Source of the DNA: Octopus sinensis
Lineage: Eukaryota
Reading direction: 5' to 3'
Length of the DNA: 64,000 bases
Assembly (NCBI RefSeq): GCF_006345805.1
Contig: NC_042998.1
Coordinates: 159,402,001-159,466,000, forward strand
Shown here one piece after another: positions 13,246-25,786 of this stretch (its first letter is position 1; every line of letters begins with the position of its first letter). The position numbers and the translations under genes were made by a program. Below the pieces are notes generated by a model, which was not told the DNA's origin, did no database searches, and saw nothing but the letters and a program-made list of their open reading frames with translations.

Positions 13246-13824
13246 TATGTAATGAATAGCTTACTAGATTCTTAGCCAAGATTCAAAACCGAATCTAGAT
13301 GTCTATTACGATTTCCATCCTATTGTTCTCGGCATTTGCACTAAGAAATTTATGAGAATCAACGGTCAAATATTAATAAGTTCTAATCTTTAACTAACCA
13401 TTTCAAATCAAACGTAGGTCAAGGCAGAAAACAGGTGAAAAACTTTTTGTTTAGCCTGACTTAATTTAGAAAAAAATATAAATACAGAACCCAAATTCGG
13501 TTCTCCTTCTTTCGCTTGGCCTCTGGCCAAAAGGAGCACTTCCTGTATGGTTTGTCTCCGCTCGACTATACAAGTCTCACACTTGCTACTTATCTAAATT
13601 CTTTTATTTTATATACCTCCTTTTTTCATCCGTTCTTCTCGCAGTCAACTTAACTTAACTACCTACAGAATGGATAACAGAACAGCAAATAATTTGTATG
13701 TGACAACTCGAATATGTTTTATCTTACATTGTAACAAACAAAGGACCATTTCAATAAATGTTTTTCTCTCGTCATTTATAGGGGGCATACAAATCGTTAT
13801 ATACATACATGTCTATACACATAC

Positions 13825-14146
<322 letters not shown>

Positions 14147-14814
14147 GGCACGGGAGTGACAGTGAGGTTAAGACCGTTGATTCACAACCACTTGTTTTGC
14201 AGTGTGATACTATAGACATGATAACTTTCACAAAAGTCTGCTAAAGCCTGGGGTTGATCTAGTTTGAGGGAGAAGTTGGTTGACTGAAAATTATGCCAGA
14301 AACGCGCTCGGGCACACACCCACACACACAGAGTCGCAAATGTGTGCGCAGATAGTGATACATACCACAGAAAGACAAGACAGAATAGATAGGGCAAGGC
14401 CAGAGAGAAGAGGATACACGAAGAAGAACAAGTAGATTTTGAAGAGTCACAGAATGTGTGACGAAAAACCTCCGACAAATAAACAATAACTACTAATAAT
14501 GATAATAAAGCTAAAGTGAAGATCAAATAATTAGTACGTGTGCTTACTGGCAAAATGACCAACCTCAAGCATGCAATGCAATGGAAAAAGTAATGGAATA
14601 CCAGATTCGTCGTTCGGTATTTTAGTTACGTCGCATTTTACCCAAAGTTTAGATACCACAGAGGTGGACTGCTTTTAGTTTCTTTACTTTTTCTTTCTTC
14701 CTTTCAACCAATCTTCCAAGGGACAATAAAATAAAGAACAGGCCAAGGGCCATTAATCTGACACACACACATACACACTTATTTTTAGTATCATTATGTT
14801 CTATATCAATGGTA

Positions 14815-14935
14815 TTGTCGGCGGCGGTGGTGGCGGCGGTGGTGGTGGTGGTGGTGGTGTTGGTGGTGGTGGTGGTGCTGGTGCCGGCGGCGGCGGCGGC
14901 AGCGGCGATGATGCTGGTGCAGACGGCGGAGACGG
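14815..14935. repeat. (GGT/GGC)n repeat
   Basis: Seen directly; source of the poly-G and poly-P ORFs. Confidence 0.95.
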
Positions 14936-15274
14936 CAACCTCGTGACATTTGACATTTTTTGTGATGAAAGATTCACATGACTACAAAAGCATGAGGGTA
15001 AGAGGAGGGAGAGACATTTCAAAGTGTGAGGTGAAGTGTGAGGCAGAAGTGGATATGAGAAAATCACAATCTGCTCAACAAGAATTTAGTTATTAATTGA
15101 ACTTTAGGGCCCACGAGTCACATACACATACACTTAATACACCCTCTTCTAAACACCAACGCCATTGCAGCCACAACAATACCCTTAATGAACTACAAAG
15201 GGAACCTCTACATGGTCGCTGGGCGTGTTAGAAATAGCAGCCAAATCTTCCTCTATTCACATATTGAATAACGA

Positions 15275-15575
15275 AGGCGGAGGTATTGTTTTCAGTCATG
15301 TTTGTTTGTTTCTCCGTAGACAAGATATCTCAAGAACCGCTGGATGGATTCGGATGAAGCTTATAAGGATGTTTGGCCACGAAATTGGCACGAACTGAAC
15401 AGATTTTGGGATCGATCCGGTACCGGACAAGAATTCTAGGTTATTTTTCCTGTTTTTTTTTTTTGTTTGTTTGTTTTTTACTTAATTTTTGAGAGCGGTG
15501 GGTTCATTTTTAGTATTCTCATTTATAAGAGCAGATGAGTGTATTTCAGATATTCTCATTTTAAAAATCATCTCT
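15275..15575 (+). mobile_element. Helentron/DINE-1-like non-autonomous element fragment
   Basis: ggcggaggtattgttttc start, short (TTTG)n, core aagatatctcaagaaccgctggatggattcggatgaa; 3' end absent. Confidence 0.45.
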
Positions 15576-15794
15576 GGCAAGCTTCTTACCACACAGCGAC
15601 CCGGTGCCTATATCTTTATTTGTTTTAGTGCGGCCGAGCTGGTCTACCGCCTTGACGAATATAGTCCAATAAATCGATTTCAGTTCTTTTTCTCAAAACC
15701 AAAGACACCGATGGATATATAAATACATATATATCGTGCGGTGACCATCTGAAACACGCTTGTTCTTTTCTCTAAATTGTTTTTCCTCATCTCT

Positions 15795-15831
15795 CTTTTC
15801 CGTAGAAGAGCATAGGCTCGAAACGTTAAAG
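15795..15831 (+). ncRNA. Minimal hammerhead-like motif with palindromic ACGT stem III
   Basis: ctttt-CCGTAGA-a-GAGC atag GCTC-GAAAC-GT-T-aaag; core deviates at positions 4 and 6. Confidence 0.35.
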
Positions 15832-15844
15832 ACTTCTTTGTTTA

Positions 15845-16172
15845 TCTTTTATCTGTTGTTTCAGTCGTTACACTGTGGTCATGCTGGGGCACTGCCTTGA
15901 ATTTTTAGTCGAATGAATCGACCCCATTACTTCATTTTTGAGCCTGGTACTTATTCCATAAATGTCTTTTGCTGAACCACTAAGTTACGAGGACGTAAAT
16001 ACACCAACACCGGTAGTCTAGGTACGAAAGACTTCTTTCATTTTCCGTCCACCAAATTCGCTCACAAGGCCTTGGTTGGCCCGAGGCTATACTAGAAAAC
16101 ACAGTAAGACAGAACCCGGAACCTATGTGGTTGGGAAGCAAGCTTCTTATCACACAGCTACTCCTGCGCCTA
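15845..16172 (-). mobile_element. SINE family B, near-complete (head plus tail, no internal microsatellite)
   Basis: Reverse complement: aggcgcaggagtagctgtgtgataagaagcttgcttccc ... aaggcagtgccccagcatgaccacagt...tgaaacaacagataaaaag. Confidence 0.85.
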
Positions 16173-16267
16173 GGTTTCTCTCTCTCTCTCTCTCTCTCTG
16201 TTACGTTGTCATGTAATCCACTCATAAGGCTTTTGTCGTCCCAGGACAATTGTAGAGGACCCTTGCC

Positions 16268-16332
16268 TATGATACCACGCAGTGGAACTGAACTAGAAAA
16301 CAAATAGTTGAGGAGCTTCTTAACCACACAGA
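16268..16332 (-). mobile_element. SINE family B head fragment
   Basis: Reverse complement: ctgtgtggttaagaagc...ttcagttccactgcgtgg. Confidence 0.6.
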
Positions 16333-16481
16333 AAATAAAAACAGAATGGTAATGGTCGTGGCTTGGACAGTTTTCATCATAAGTTTTTCTCCATCAAGGC
16401 AGGCCTGAGGTTAAGCATTAATAATACAACTACCACCTCCATTGCCACTGCGCATTTCTATCACCAGTTGCATTACTCCCG

Positions 16482-16836
16482 TGGAGGTACAATAGCACAG
16501 TGGTTAGGGCAGCAGATTCGCGGTTTCAATTCCCAGACCGGGCGTTGTGAGAAAACACCTAAAGCTCCACGAGGCTCCAGCAGGGAGTGGTGGCGAACTC
16601 TGCTGTACTCTTTCACCACAACTTTTCTCCCTCTCTTCCTTCCTGTTTCTGATGTACCTGTATTTCGAAGAGCCAGCCTTGTCACACTCTGTATCACGCT
16701 GAATCTCCCCGAAAACTACGTTACGGGTACGCGTACCTTTAGAGTGCTCAGTCACTTGCACGTTAATTTCACGAGCAGGCTGTTCCGTTGATCAGATCAA
16801 CTGGAACCCTCGTCGTCGTGACCGACGGAGTGCCAC
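16482..16836 (+). mobile_element. tRNA-derived SINE, family C
   Basis: A box tagcacagtggttag, B box ggtttcaattccc; 3' part shared with the 29200 copy. Confidence 0.85.
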
Positions 16837-17606
16837 GATAACGGCATTACTACAACTATCACCACCAGAACTTCTAGTACATCAACCATTAACAAAACCA
16901 TCACCACCACTATTACCACCCTCATCTTACTACCACTTTACCAGCTACTGTCATCATTATATTTAAACAACGTTATTAAGAGAGAAGGTGTAACGGAAAA
17001 TATGTGTGGTGTGGAATGTAGGGGCCGCGAAGAAAGATAATTTTTACACAAGTGTTTGCAGTATTTATGTCCCTCTCTTCCCCCTCCATCCCCTTCTCCT
17101 TCTCTCGTTTTCTGTCTTTTGATAAAAAAAAGTTGCTATTATGTTGAATGAAAAGTAGGCCTAATAGATTGATAGCGGTGAAAACAAATCTGTTAAAGTT
17201 TTGGTTTCATGTAAGTTGAGTATGACGGAGTGGCAGGGAGGGAGTATAGTTTTAAATACTGCTTTTAGGTTTGTATCTACAGGAAAATGTGTGGAGCTGT
17301 CAATCACAAGTCAAGGCTGAGAGACAGCAGTGCAACAAAATGGTAGTGTGATAGGCTGATAGAGATTCATTTAGTGCAGTGCTTAAAGAGGATGTATATA
17401 TATATACATGTGTGTTTATATGTGTATGTATGTGTGAGGTGTGTGTGTATATGTATATATATATATATTCGAACACAGCATCGTTTTTCCCTCTTATGGC
17501 GGTAAATACCCAATCTTTTTCTGTTCTTACAGTTTACTGCGTTTGAAATTTACTTTCTTGTTTGCAAAATACCGAAACATTCGATGCTTCCAAAGTTTAT
17601 ATGTAT

Positions 17607-17710
17607 ACAGTTGTACCCCTGCTTATTCGTGGTCCCGGTAATTCGCGGAACTAATAATTTTTCGCGGAAACCAAGGCATATTCGCGGAATCGTAAATATC
17701 ATCCGCGATT
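17607..17710 (+). mobile_element. Tigger/pogo-like left end
   Basis: TA + cagttgtacccctgcttattcgtgg followed by repeated ttcgcgga motifs; no matching right TIR found. Confidence 0.4.
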
Positions 17711-17729
17711 TTTTATGACTTTTTTTCGT

Positions 17730-18154
17730 GGATCTTTTCGGTTTGAACGGCAGTATTTTCTAGCGGTGTCATATGAAATTGTCACCCATAATTATGACCC
17801 TTGTATCGATCTATTGCATTTCAATCTGTTTAAGGGTTAGGATTAGTTAGGGTTAGTTAGGGTTAGGAAAGGGTATCTTTTTTTCTTCAGAAATGTAAAT
17901 AAACCCAATCTGTTTCTTAAACGAGGGACATATTCATATGGCACATGTTTTCACCTCAATAGGCGTCATTGATTGGTTGAAATTACAGAAATTGAAGAAA
18001 AAAACAACAAATATCTTACAAACTATAGAATTTTCTCAATAAAGCCAAGAGAAAAAGATGTTTTATAAACACATTCTACCAGTATACGAAGTTTAAAAGT
18101 GTTTAGTTACGTGGAAATTATTTTTAAAAACTGCCGTTCAAACCGAAAAGTTCC
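17730..18154. mobile_element. MITE with GGATC-type TIRs and internal TTAGGG-like repeats
   Basis: ggatcttttcggtttgaacggcagt ... actgccgttcaaaccgaaaagttcc; ttagggttag repeats at ~17830-17866. Confidence 0.85.
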
Positions 18155-18578
18155 ATTTTTTCACACCTTTTAAGACTAAATTATAATTGACAATATACCG
18201 CATTTGCCGGCTTACTGGACGTCCCTTCGCAGTTGACTCTCTCAGATTAGAATAGCCGCGCTTCACGTCTCTTAATTGTTTTAGATACAAGTACAAGCGT
18301 ATCTTGTATCTCTAATTCCTGCGTTCAATCAAGGCTTGTTAATTAGTATAGCGACATCTATCTATATTTCACACATACACACTCTCTCTCCCTCTCTCGC
18401 TGTATTTTCCTCAACAACACCAACCTCCTATTGTAGTGAAAGTATATACTGTGTAGTGAAAGTGGCGGGTAAGGCTATGTAAGTGATGTCGAAGGACCGC
18501 AATTAAACTCTCGGTTCGATAATAATACTAGTGAGGAATCTAATGCGGTCTATCCAATGCTCTGTATGAGCATGTATA

Positions 18579-18963
18579 TCTCTCTATATATAAACGGCAG
18601 TTTGTCTGTGCGTGTTTCTGTGTGTCTGTTTGCTTGTACCCTCACCCTGACCACGGCTTTCAACCGATTCTGATGAAACTTGACACACACATAGCCCAAT
18701 GTCATAATTCAAAACTAACGCAGGGAAAACTTTGAAAAGTTCCCCCAGTTCTGAAAAAAATCGATAAATTCGACATGGGGTCGAGAATCAGAAACACAAA
18801 CCACAGACTGTCTAGGGGACGCAACTCCACCTTTTTTAAATCTCAAAAAAAAAATTACCATAATTTTTTTCCATTTTTTTGCTATTTTTTGGCTATAACT
18901 CTCTAAAAATGCTTTATAGTTATTTCCCTTACAAACCTGAGCAACGCCGGGCGATACTGCTAG
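18579..18963 (+). mobile_element. Non-autonomous Helitron
   Basis: Starts TC after an A, ends CTAG before a T, with subterminal hairpin-like cctgagcaacgccggg. Confidence 0.85.
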
Positions 18964-19031
18964 TGTTAAATAAAAATGAGACAAAGCCAACGCTGTGTGG
19001 AATTTTCGGGGCATTTATAAAGAGAAAGTTA

Positions 19032-19079
19032 GTCTTATAGCTGTTTCTGAGATATTAGGAATATCCTTTCTTCAGAGAC
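19032..19079 (-). ncRNA. Type I minimal hammerhead ribozyme candidate
   Basis: gtct-CTGAAGA-a-aggatatt cct aatatctc-a-GAAAC-agct-ATA-agac: stems I and II present, palindromic AGCT in stem III; C15.2-A16.2 mismatch. Confidence 0.55.
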
Positions 19080-19364
19080 GATGTGAGATGGTTAAATAGA
19101 GGGAAATATTATAGTTCAATATAAAGAATTATTTTAGAAAAGGATGGAAATAAGAAGTATAAAGAGAAATAAGAGAATAAAAGTAAAAATTAAAATATAT
19201 AATATCCTACGTATATTTTTATTTTTTATTTTTATTCTCTTATTTCCCTTTATACTTCTTATTTCTATCCTTTTTCAAACCCCTTATAATGAACTCTACT
19301 ATTTCCCTCTATTTAACCATCTCACATCGTCTCTGATGAAGGGATATTCCTAATATCCCAGAAA

Positions 19365-20085
19365 GGATCTTCTCCTTTTGAACGGCAGACAATTTCTAGT
19401 TAGCTAAACACTTTAAAACTTCGTATACTAGTAGAATGTGTCAAAATAAAACATTTTTTCTCTTGGCTTTCTTGAGAAAATTGTAATTTGTTTGTTTAAC
19501 GTAGTTTAATTTTTCGAATTTTAACCAATCCTATGCTCTCTTTTGAGCTAAAATCATTTGCTGCGTCTAAAACTGAGACAACATCCTGTAACTAACCCTA
19601 ACCCTAACCCTATATTCTTTTTTTCTTAATTGTTAAATTAATTTAATTGTTACGCGTGTAAAAAAAAGACTAAAGCAATGGAAAATAATTTAAACAATTA
19701 ACAAACAAAATAATTCTATAATTTTATACACACGCTTTAAATTATTTTCCATTGCTTTAGTTTTTTTTACACGCGTAACAATTAAATTAATTTAACAATT
19801 AAGAAAAAAAATTAGGGTTAGGGTTAGGGGGAGGTTTAGGGTTAGTTACAGGATGTTGTCTCAGTTTTAGATGCAGCAAATGATTTTAGTTGAATGGATG
19901 TAATCGATTGGTTAATATTGCCGAAATGCTCGGATTTTCAGACGAAATATCTTACAAACTATAGAATTTTCTCAATAAAACCAAGAGAAAATGATGTTTT
20001 ATAAACACATTTTATATACGAAGTTTAAAACTTTTTAGTTACCTAGAAATTATGTTACAAACTGCCGTTGAAAAGGAAAAGATCC
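19365..20085. mobile_element. 721-bp palindromic MITE with ~8-bp TSD (hAT-like by TSD length)
   Basis: TIRs ggatcttctccttttgaacggcag / ctgccgttgaaaaggaaaagatcc; TSD cccagaaa / cccaggaa; long internal inverted arms with (CCCTAA)n/(TTAGGG)n. Confidence 0.85.
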
Positions 20086-20154
20086 CCCAGGAACAGCTAT
20101 AAGACTAACTTTCTCTTTATAAATGTCCTGAAAACCCCACAAAAACCAATGCTA

Positions 20155-20605
20155 CCTGCGAAAATTCTTTTCGGTGGGAGGTGATGCCACCTTTTCTACG
20201 CATGCGTGAAAACTTTCGCACCGGTAGACCGCATCAGTTCCTGACTGTTACGCGCAGAGTACAAGCGTGTAGTGCTCGCTCATCGGATCCTCGTTACGGT
20301 TTCTAGATGGTCTGCCTGAGCTTACCTAACTCTCCACTGATGTGCGGCCATGTTTGAAGCCAATGTACCACTATTTGATCTGAGTATTGACCGCGGCATC
20401 ATCGTCAAAGACCTGCTGAATCTTCTAGATGGTTTGAGTTTGAGTATCACCAAGCTTTTGGCAAAACTTAATCCAATACTTCTGCCCGATCTACACGGTG
20501 AAAACGAAAATCCGTCTGAACTCTGGGCATATAACAGCGAAAGATTTTGTACAAGCGCTGGAAGGGTGGCGTCACCTCCCAACCAAGGGATTTTTCCCAC
20601 GTGAC
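20155..20605 (-). mobile_element. Internally deleted mariner (TIRs plus transposase N-terminus)
   Basis: QKYWIKFCQKLGDTQTQTI*KIQQVFDDDAAVNTQIK*WYIGFKHGRTSVES; inverted ends ggtgggaggtgatgccacc / ggtggcgtcacctcccaacc. Confidence 0.85.
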
Positions 20606-20656
20606 ATTAGATTTGGCGGGGAAAAAATACAGTCACATATTTTTTGAACAAATCTC

Positions 20657-20699
<43 letters not shown>

Positions 20700-20707
20700 A
20701 TATATAT

Positions 20708-20770
20708 GGTGCCCCAGCATGGCCGCGGCCTTCGGGCTAAAACATTTTTAAGGATTTAAGGATAAGGAGA
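20708..20770 (+). mobile_element. Isolated LINE/SINE 3' tail variant
   Basis: ggtgccccagcatggccgcggccttcgggctaaaac followed by a (taaggat)-like tail. Confidence 0.6.
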
Positions 20771-21303
20771 TCTATATATATATATATAAATATATATCAT
20801 TCAACCACGGTAGTGGTTGAATATATTAAGTCCACCATTTCGTCAATTACAGCAGCTTCCAAGCTTCACCACTAATTCAGTTCTCAACTAAATTGCAAAC
20901 TGTTAATAGTTTTAAAGAGGACATCTCCTCGGCTACACTTTGACATAAATAGTTTGAGATTTGGTTCAGTAGAAAAAAAATTTACATCAAAATATCTGCG
21001 ACCTCAAGATGAGCAGTTAAGGCAAATATTCACCTTCAATTAACATGAACTTTTTAAATTTTAAATGAAAAGTATACCTTTCTTAGGCTTAAATGATAGA
21101 AAAATGCATGAAGAATTCAGAATCACTAGTCACATTGAACAAAAATTAGTAGAAAAAATGTTACGAGATAAAATGTTATGAAATTTCATGTCAGTAAGTA
21201 TGTAAGGAAGTAGCGCTTCAGCAATAAGAATAAAGAATATATTTCTAAAATGATTATTTACTTCCTAAGGTTTTTTTAGTTCAAATTTCGCCTTTGGTCG
21301 ACT

Positions 21304-21640
21304 TTGACGTACAGTTTATTTTATTAATCTCTTTTAACTAAACACTTTCAAACTTCCGATATTGGTAGAATATGTCACATAGAACAGGGTTTATTCTTAA
21401 CGTTTTTGACAAAATTTGGTATTTTAGAATCGGTACTCCGTCTGTCTTTATGTTCTGAGTTCAAATTCCACCGAGGTTGACTTTCCCTTTCATCCATTTC
21501 GTATCTATTCAGTTAGACGTACAGATTATTTAATTAATTTTTTTTTAACTAAACACTTTCAAACTTCCGATACTGGTAGAATGTGTCACATAGAACAGAG
21601 TTTACTCTTAACGTTTTTGACAAAATTTGGTATTTTAGAA
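21304..21640 (+). repeat. ~125-bp direct duplication of MITE-related sequence flanking a SINE A fragment
   Basis: gacgtacag...ttaactaaacactttcaaacttccgata...aaaatttggtattttagaa at 21304-21428 and 21515-21640. Confidence 0.8.
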
Positions 21641-21799
21641 GTATTCCGTCAGAAGCTACAGTGACAATGGACAAAATCGTGTTTGATAAGTGCCAATACA
21701 CGAAACTCTCAGCTTTTGACTTACTCTCTAACTTCTGCCGATACTATATATACATATTACATATATGTGTAAAAAAAATCTCATCACGCAATCGAACCA

Positions 21800-21990
21800 A
21801 TGAAAGAGCCTCTACCTGGTCGCTCGACACGCTAAAAATAACAGCCAAAGTATTCCCCTACCTAAATCACACGCCCATTGTATGTAATGTCCTGGATTAT
21901 CCCTAAAAAGACGATTTGCTGAAGGCTGGAATGTCTTTGATGATACGTTTGCAGTATCAGGGTTTATCTGAGGCTAAATAACAACAACAT
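21800..21990 (+). repeat. Interspersed repeat family F
   Basis: gagcctctacctggtcgctcgacacgctaaaaataacagccaaa ... aataacaacaac tail. Confidence 0.55.
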
Positions 21991-22479
21991 TATGATCAAT
22001 TTCTATATTAACACCCACACGATTTTCACTAAGAAAAAAAAATTTGATTTTTTGCGTTGAATCAAGTACCCTGACCTCCTATTATGCTGTAGGTCCCTAA
22101 TTTTGGTTCGGAAAAAAAATCATTGGAATCTTTTTTTTTTTCGTTGAATGAATTCCTGTGACCTCCTAATATTGCAAAATTAGGTTACTTAAGGTGAGCT
22201 TGGTAACTGATAGTTTTGGGGTTTTGTCGTTTGTAACTTTTGGTGAGCCATGGTGCAACCAACAACATGGTAAAAAAATCCCTGTCATTAATTTGGTGTG
22301 GATGGGTAATATCAAATAATTCAATCACAACATATATTTAAACTAAACACGAAAGAAATTGAAATATTATCACCACTTATATGGAAAAATTGAAATATTA
22401 TCTTTCAGTAGTTTATAAGGTAAAATCTTAAATTATTAAATGATATATAATTAATTATGCCTGGAAAAATCATGGATTA

Positions 22480-22995
22480 CATGGGAAAATGCGAGCATGA
22501 AAAGTCATATTCTTAAGATTATAAACATGGAAAAGTACAGGACTAGTTATTACACTTGTAAAAGTATAGGACAAGCTATTACTTCTAGTAAAGTAAAGAA
22601 TAAGAAACCTTTTACTTAAAATATTGCAGTTAAAATTAAAATTTGATTATTAAAACTTATTTTATTATAGTTTACAAATAACACTATAATACTTATTTAA
22701 GTAGAATTTGGCTAATTTACTACCTTAAATACAGAAAAAAGTAACTAATTAGACAAACTTACAAATTAGCTGAACAGTTTTGTATAATAAATTTAAAAGA
22801 TGAGAACTGTAAAGAGTGATAAATTAGAAGAACTGGCATTCCTTGCTGCAGCATTTTAAGTAAAAAGTTTCTTATTCTTTACTTTACTAGAAGTAATAGC
22901 TTGTCCTATACTTTTACAGGTATAATAACTTGTCCTGTATTTTTCTATGTTTATAATCTTAACAATATGACTTTTCATGCTCGCATTTTTCCATG
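22480..22995. mobile_element. TA-flanked MITE with ~150-bp TIRs
   Basis: catgggaaaatgcgagcatgaaaagtcatatt... mirrored by ...aatatgacttttcatgctcgcatttttccatg; TA on both sides. Confidence 0.9.
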
Positions 22996-22997
22996 TA

Positions 22998-23028
<31 letters not shown>

Positions 23029-23110
23029 TAAAACGTTTTTGATACTGTATTAGAGTATTGGTAATAATAAGATTAGTCTGGAATACTGAAGGAATTGTTC
23101 TCTAATTTAT

Positions 23111-23342
23111 ATACAGGCACAGAACGTTTTCACATTTTCCAATGAAATTAAATAAAATGGAATAAAATAAAAATAAAATTTTCAAAAAAACATACAATGA
23201 AATAGAATTTTCCTCTAACGCCCAAATACTAGACAAAAAAAAAATTCTTAAATGTAAACATTAATATTTCACTTTATTTTATTTTACTTTATTTTACTTC
23301 ATTCCATTTCCTTGGAAAATTTGATGACTTTCTGTACCTGAA
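23111..23342. mobile_element. Small MITE with ~65-bp degenerate TIRs
   Basis: caggcacagaacgttttcacattttccaatgaaat vs atttccttggaaaatttgatgactttctgtacctg. Confidence 0.7.
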
Positions 23343-24845
23343 TATAAATAAACTATGAAATAATTCTTTCATTTCTTCTGACTAACTTATGTGTGCGCAG
23401 CATGTATATGTGTGTGTGTGTGTATATATATGACCTGCGCGCCTGGCCAGCAGGACGGCATCATTCGAAAGCTAAAACAATGCGAGAATATGCATTGTGA
23501 CCAGGGGTGTATAACAACATCCGATAGTCTGGTCGCTACAGTGATGTGTGTGTGTGTGTGTGTGTGTGCGTGCGTATGTGTGTGTGTGTAAATACGAAAA
23601 AAAAGGGGGGTTAATAAAAATATTAATCTAAGCAAAATACTTATTAAGCTCTCTGCCGATACAAATACACTAGGCTAACAAAAAAGCCTTGCAACTGGTA
23701 TTGTACACCTGGTAATCCGAAGTTGGAAGCCGAAGTCGAAGTCCATCACAAGTCAAATTTGTTAACCCACTGTTGCATTACCCAGTTAAGAGGGTTTGTT
23801 TTTATAGAGTGATACGTAAAATGCACATAAATAATTGGTTATACACATTTATTTATTCTTTCTTTCATTCATTATAGGCTTACAGCTGTTTCAGATATTA
23901 ATTTTGGGCGCGTTCATGGTTCAGTTTTATCAATCACTCAATTGATCGACTGAAAACAGAGGAAACCACCCTCACAATAACTTCCTCGGAGCTAAAACAA
24001 ATCAACTCCATATATATATATATATATACGTATGTGAGTGTATGTTTGTATCTATGTATATATACATACATATATATGTACACACAAATATACATACACA
24101 CACATACCTGTATACATAAGATATATGTATGTGTGTATGCATATGTAAATGCATACACGTAAATAGCTGAGTATTCTACAGACAAAATCAACGACAACAG
24201 TGTAACAAGGAGTGGCATTTAAATTACAGACACAATCTGTTGGCCTTCTGTGCCGTTTCCCTCAACCTAATTTCATTCAAGACTTATGGATCGAACCTTA
24301 GACCTCATAACGGAAAAAGTGAACTTCTTAATTGTTTAGTCATAATGGGTTCATAGTCTCCTTAATTAAAAACAAAAATGGTTTTATCTTGGAAGCCTAC
24401 GCGCACATTTATTTGCCTTTGTGCGCTAGTTGTAAAACATGTCTACGCGTGCACAAGTTCACCGCTTAAAGGACTCGTTGCTTATGAACCTAGTCGATCA
24501 CATCTGACCCTGGGGCTAAGCAATAGCAATATAGCAACAACAGTACAACAGTGGTAAATTTATGCTACCTTATGATAATAAAATTGTTGCTATGAGTTGA
24601 TATTGTCTTCTTATCTACTACTACACCGTTTGGTGCCATCCACTTCAGGAGTTGTTGAAAATCCATGAAAAGTCATAAAAGGTTAAATACACACTGCTAC
24701 CACTTTAGCCAACAACACAACACTTTTGTCACTACCACTACTTCACTAGTTTTCTAGTGTTATACCAGAATTAAAGCACTATAAGTTCGAACATCATATT
24801 TTATACAATAATCAGTGTGTGCCGAAATAGGAAATGTTTGTATCG

Positions 24846-24879
<34 letters not shown>

Positions 24880-25786
24880 GTGCGCGTGCGTGCGTGTGTG
24901 CGTGCGTGCATGCGTGCGTGCGTGTGCGTGTGTGTGAGTTTATGTGAAGCAGAAGCTACTACTACACATACATACATTCAAGATACATGATACTGTGTTG
25001 CAGTCAGTCGCCATTATCACAAATCTTAAGTGTCACGTCTTCCCATCAGCCGATTGTCACTAGCCTAGATTTTGGCGCCAATGGGAATTCCTTTGTCATA
25101 ATGTCCCGATTACTTGGATAAAATTGAGAAAATGATACGACTGTTTTTATTGGCTTTTTTCAGCCAACCAAATTGTTTACTTTGAAAAGCTTGATGTTCC
25201 ACGAAAAACCTGCTGGGGCCTCTCTTTTGCAATAAAACCTGATTGCTGAATACCGAACGGACCAGAGTCAAAAAGAAAATTAACAGGAATTCACGATATT
25301 TTGATCTCTCAAATTAGCACATTCTCTGCGGCACGTGTTGATTCTTTTTATAGAAAAATTTGTTTTCCTGCGCGCACACGCATAGACGGGTTCACACTAA
25401 AAACATTTTTTTTTCTGTGATCTACATTTTAGGAATTGTTGCTAATTTGTCTTTTAAGAAGTTTCATTTTGTTTTTCCATTCAAACACTAATTAGTGTGT
25501 TGTTTCCAAAAGACACTGGATTTAAATAGCGAACTTTGAATTTAACACGAAATCGGTTTAGAGTTTTTATGCTCGGAACTATCTATGATTGCAAGCTGTT
25601 TTAGACCAATCGAAACGCATGGTGGAAATATGTTATTTCACTAGCTAGATCTATCGAGACCTAGTTTATGTTTTGTTTTGGTTTGGGCGGTGTTGGCGAG
25701 GACGGTTCTATCGGCAAATGCGAAAATTTTATACAACCAATTTTTGTTGTTATAGTTATGAACAAACCATTAGTAATTTTGTACTC

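Larger units (their letters stand above)
18995..20140. mobile_element. PLE-type inverted-repeat (foldback) relic carrying hammerhead motifs; right arm interrupted by a MITE
   Basis: 18995-19170 is the reverse complement of 19235-19364 joined to 20094-20140. Confidence 0.75.

Noticed and set aside
13480-13620. ETS-like CACTTCCTG in unique sequence
   Set aside because: A single short motif is expected by chance; no other promoter evidence.
14796-15067. Gly-rich and Pro-rich ORFs
   Set aside because: GGT/GGC repeat; no splice or homology support.
20900-21200. Possible mariner N-terminal remnant
   Set aside because: Only vague peptide similarity and no TIR.
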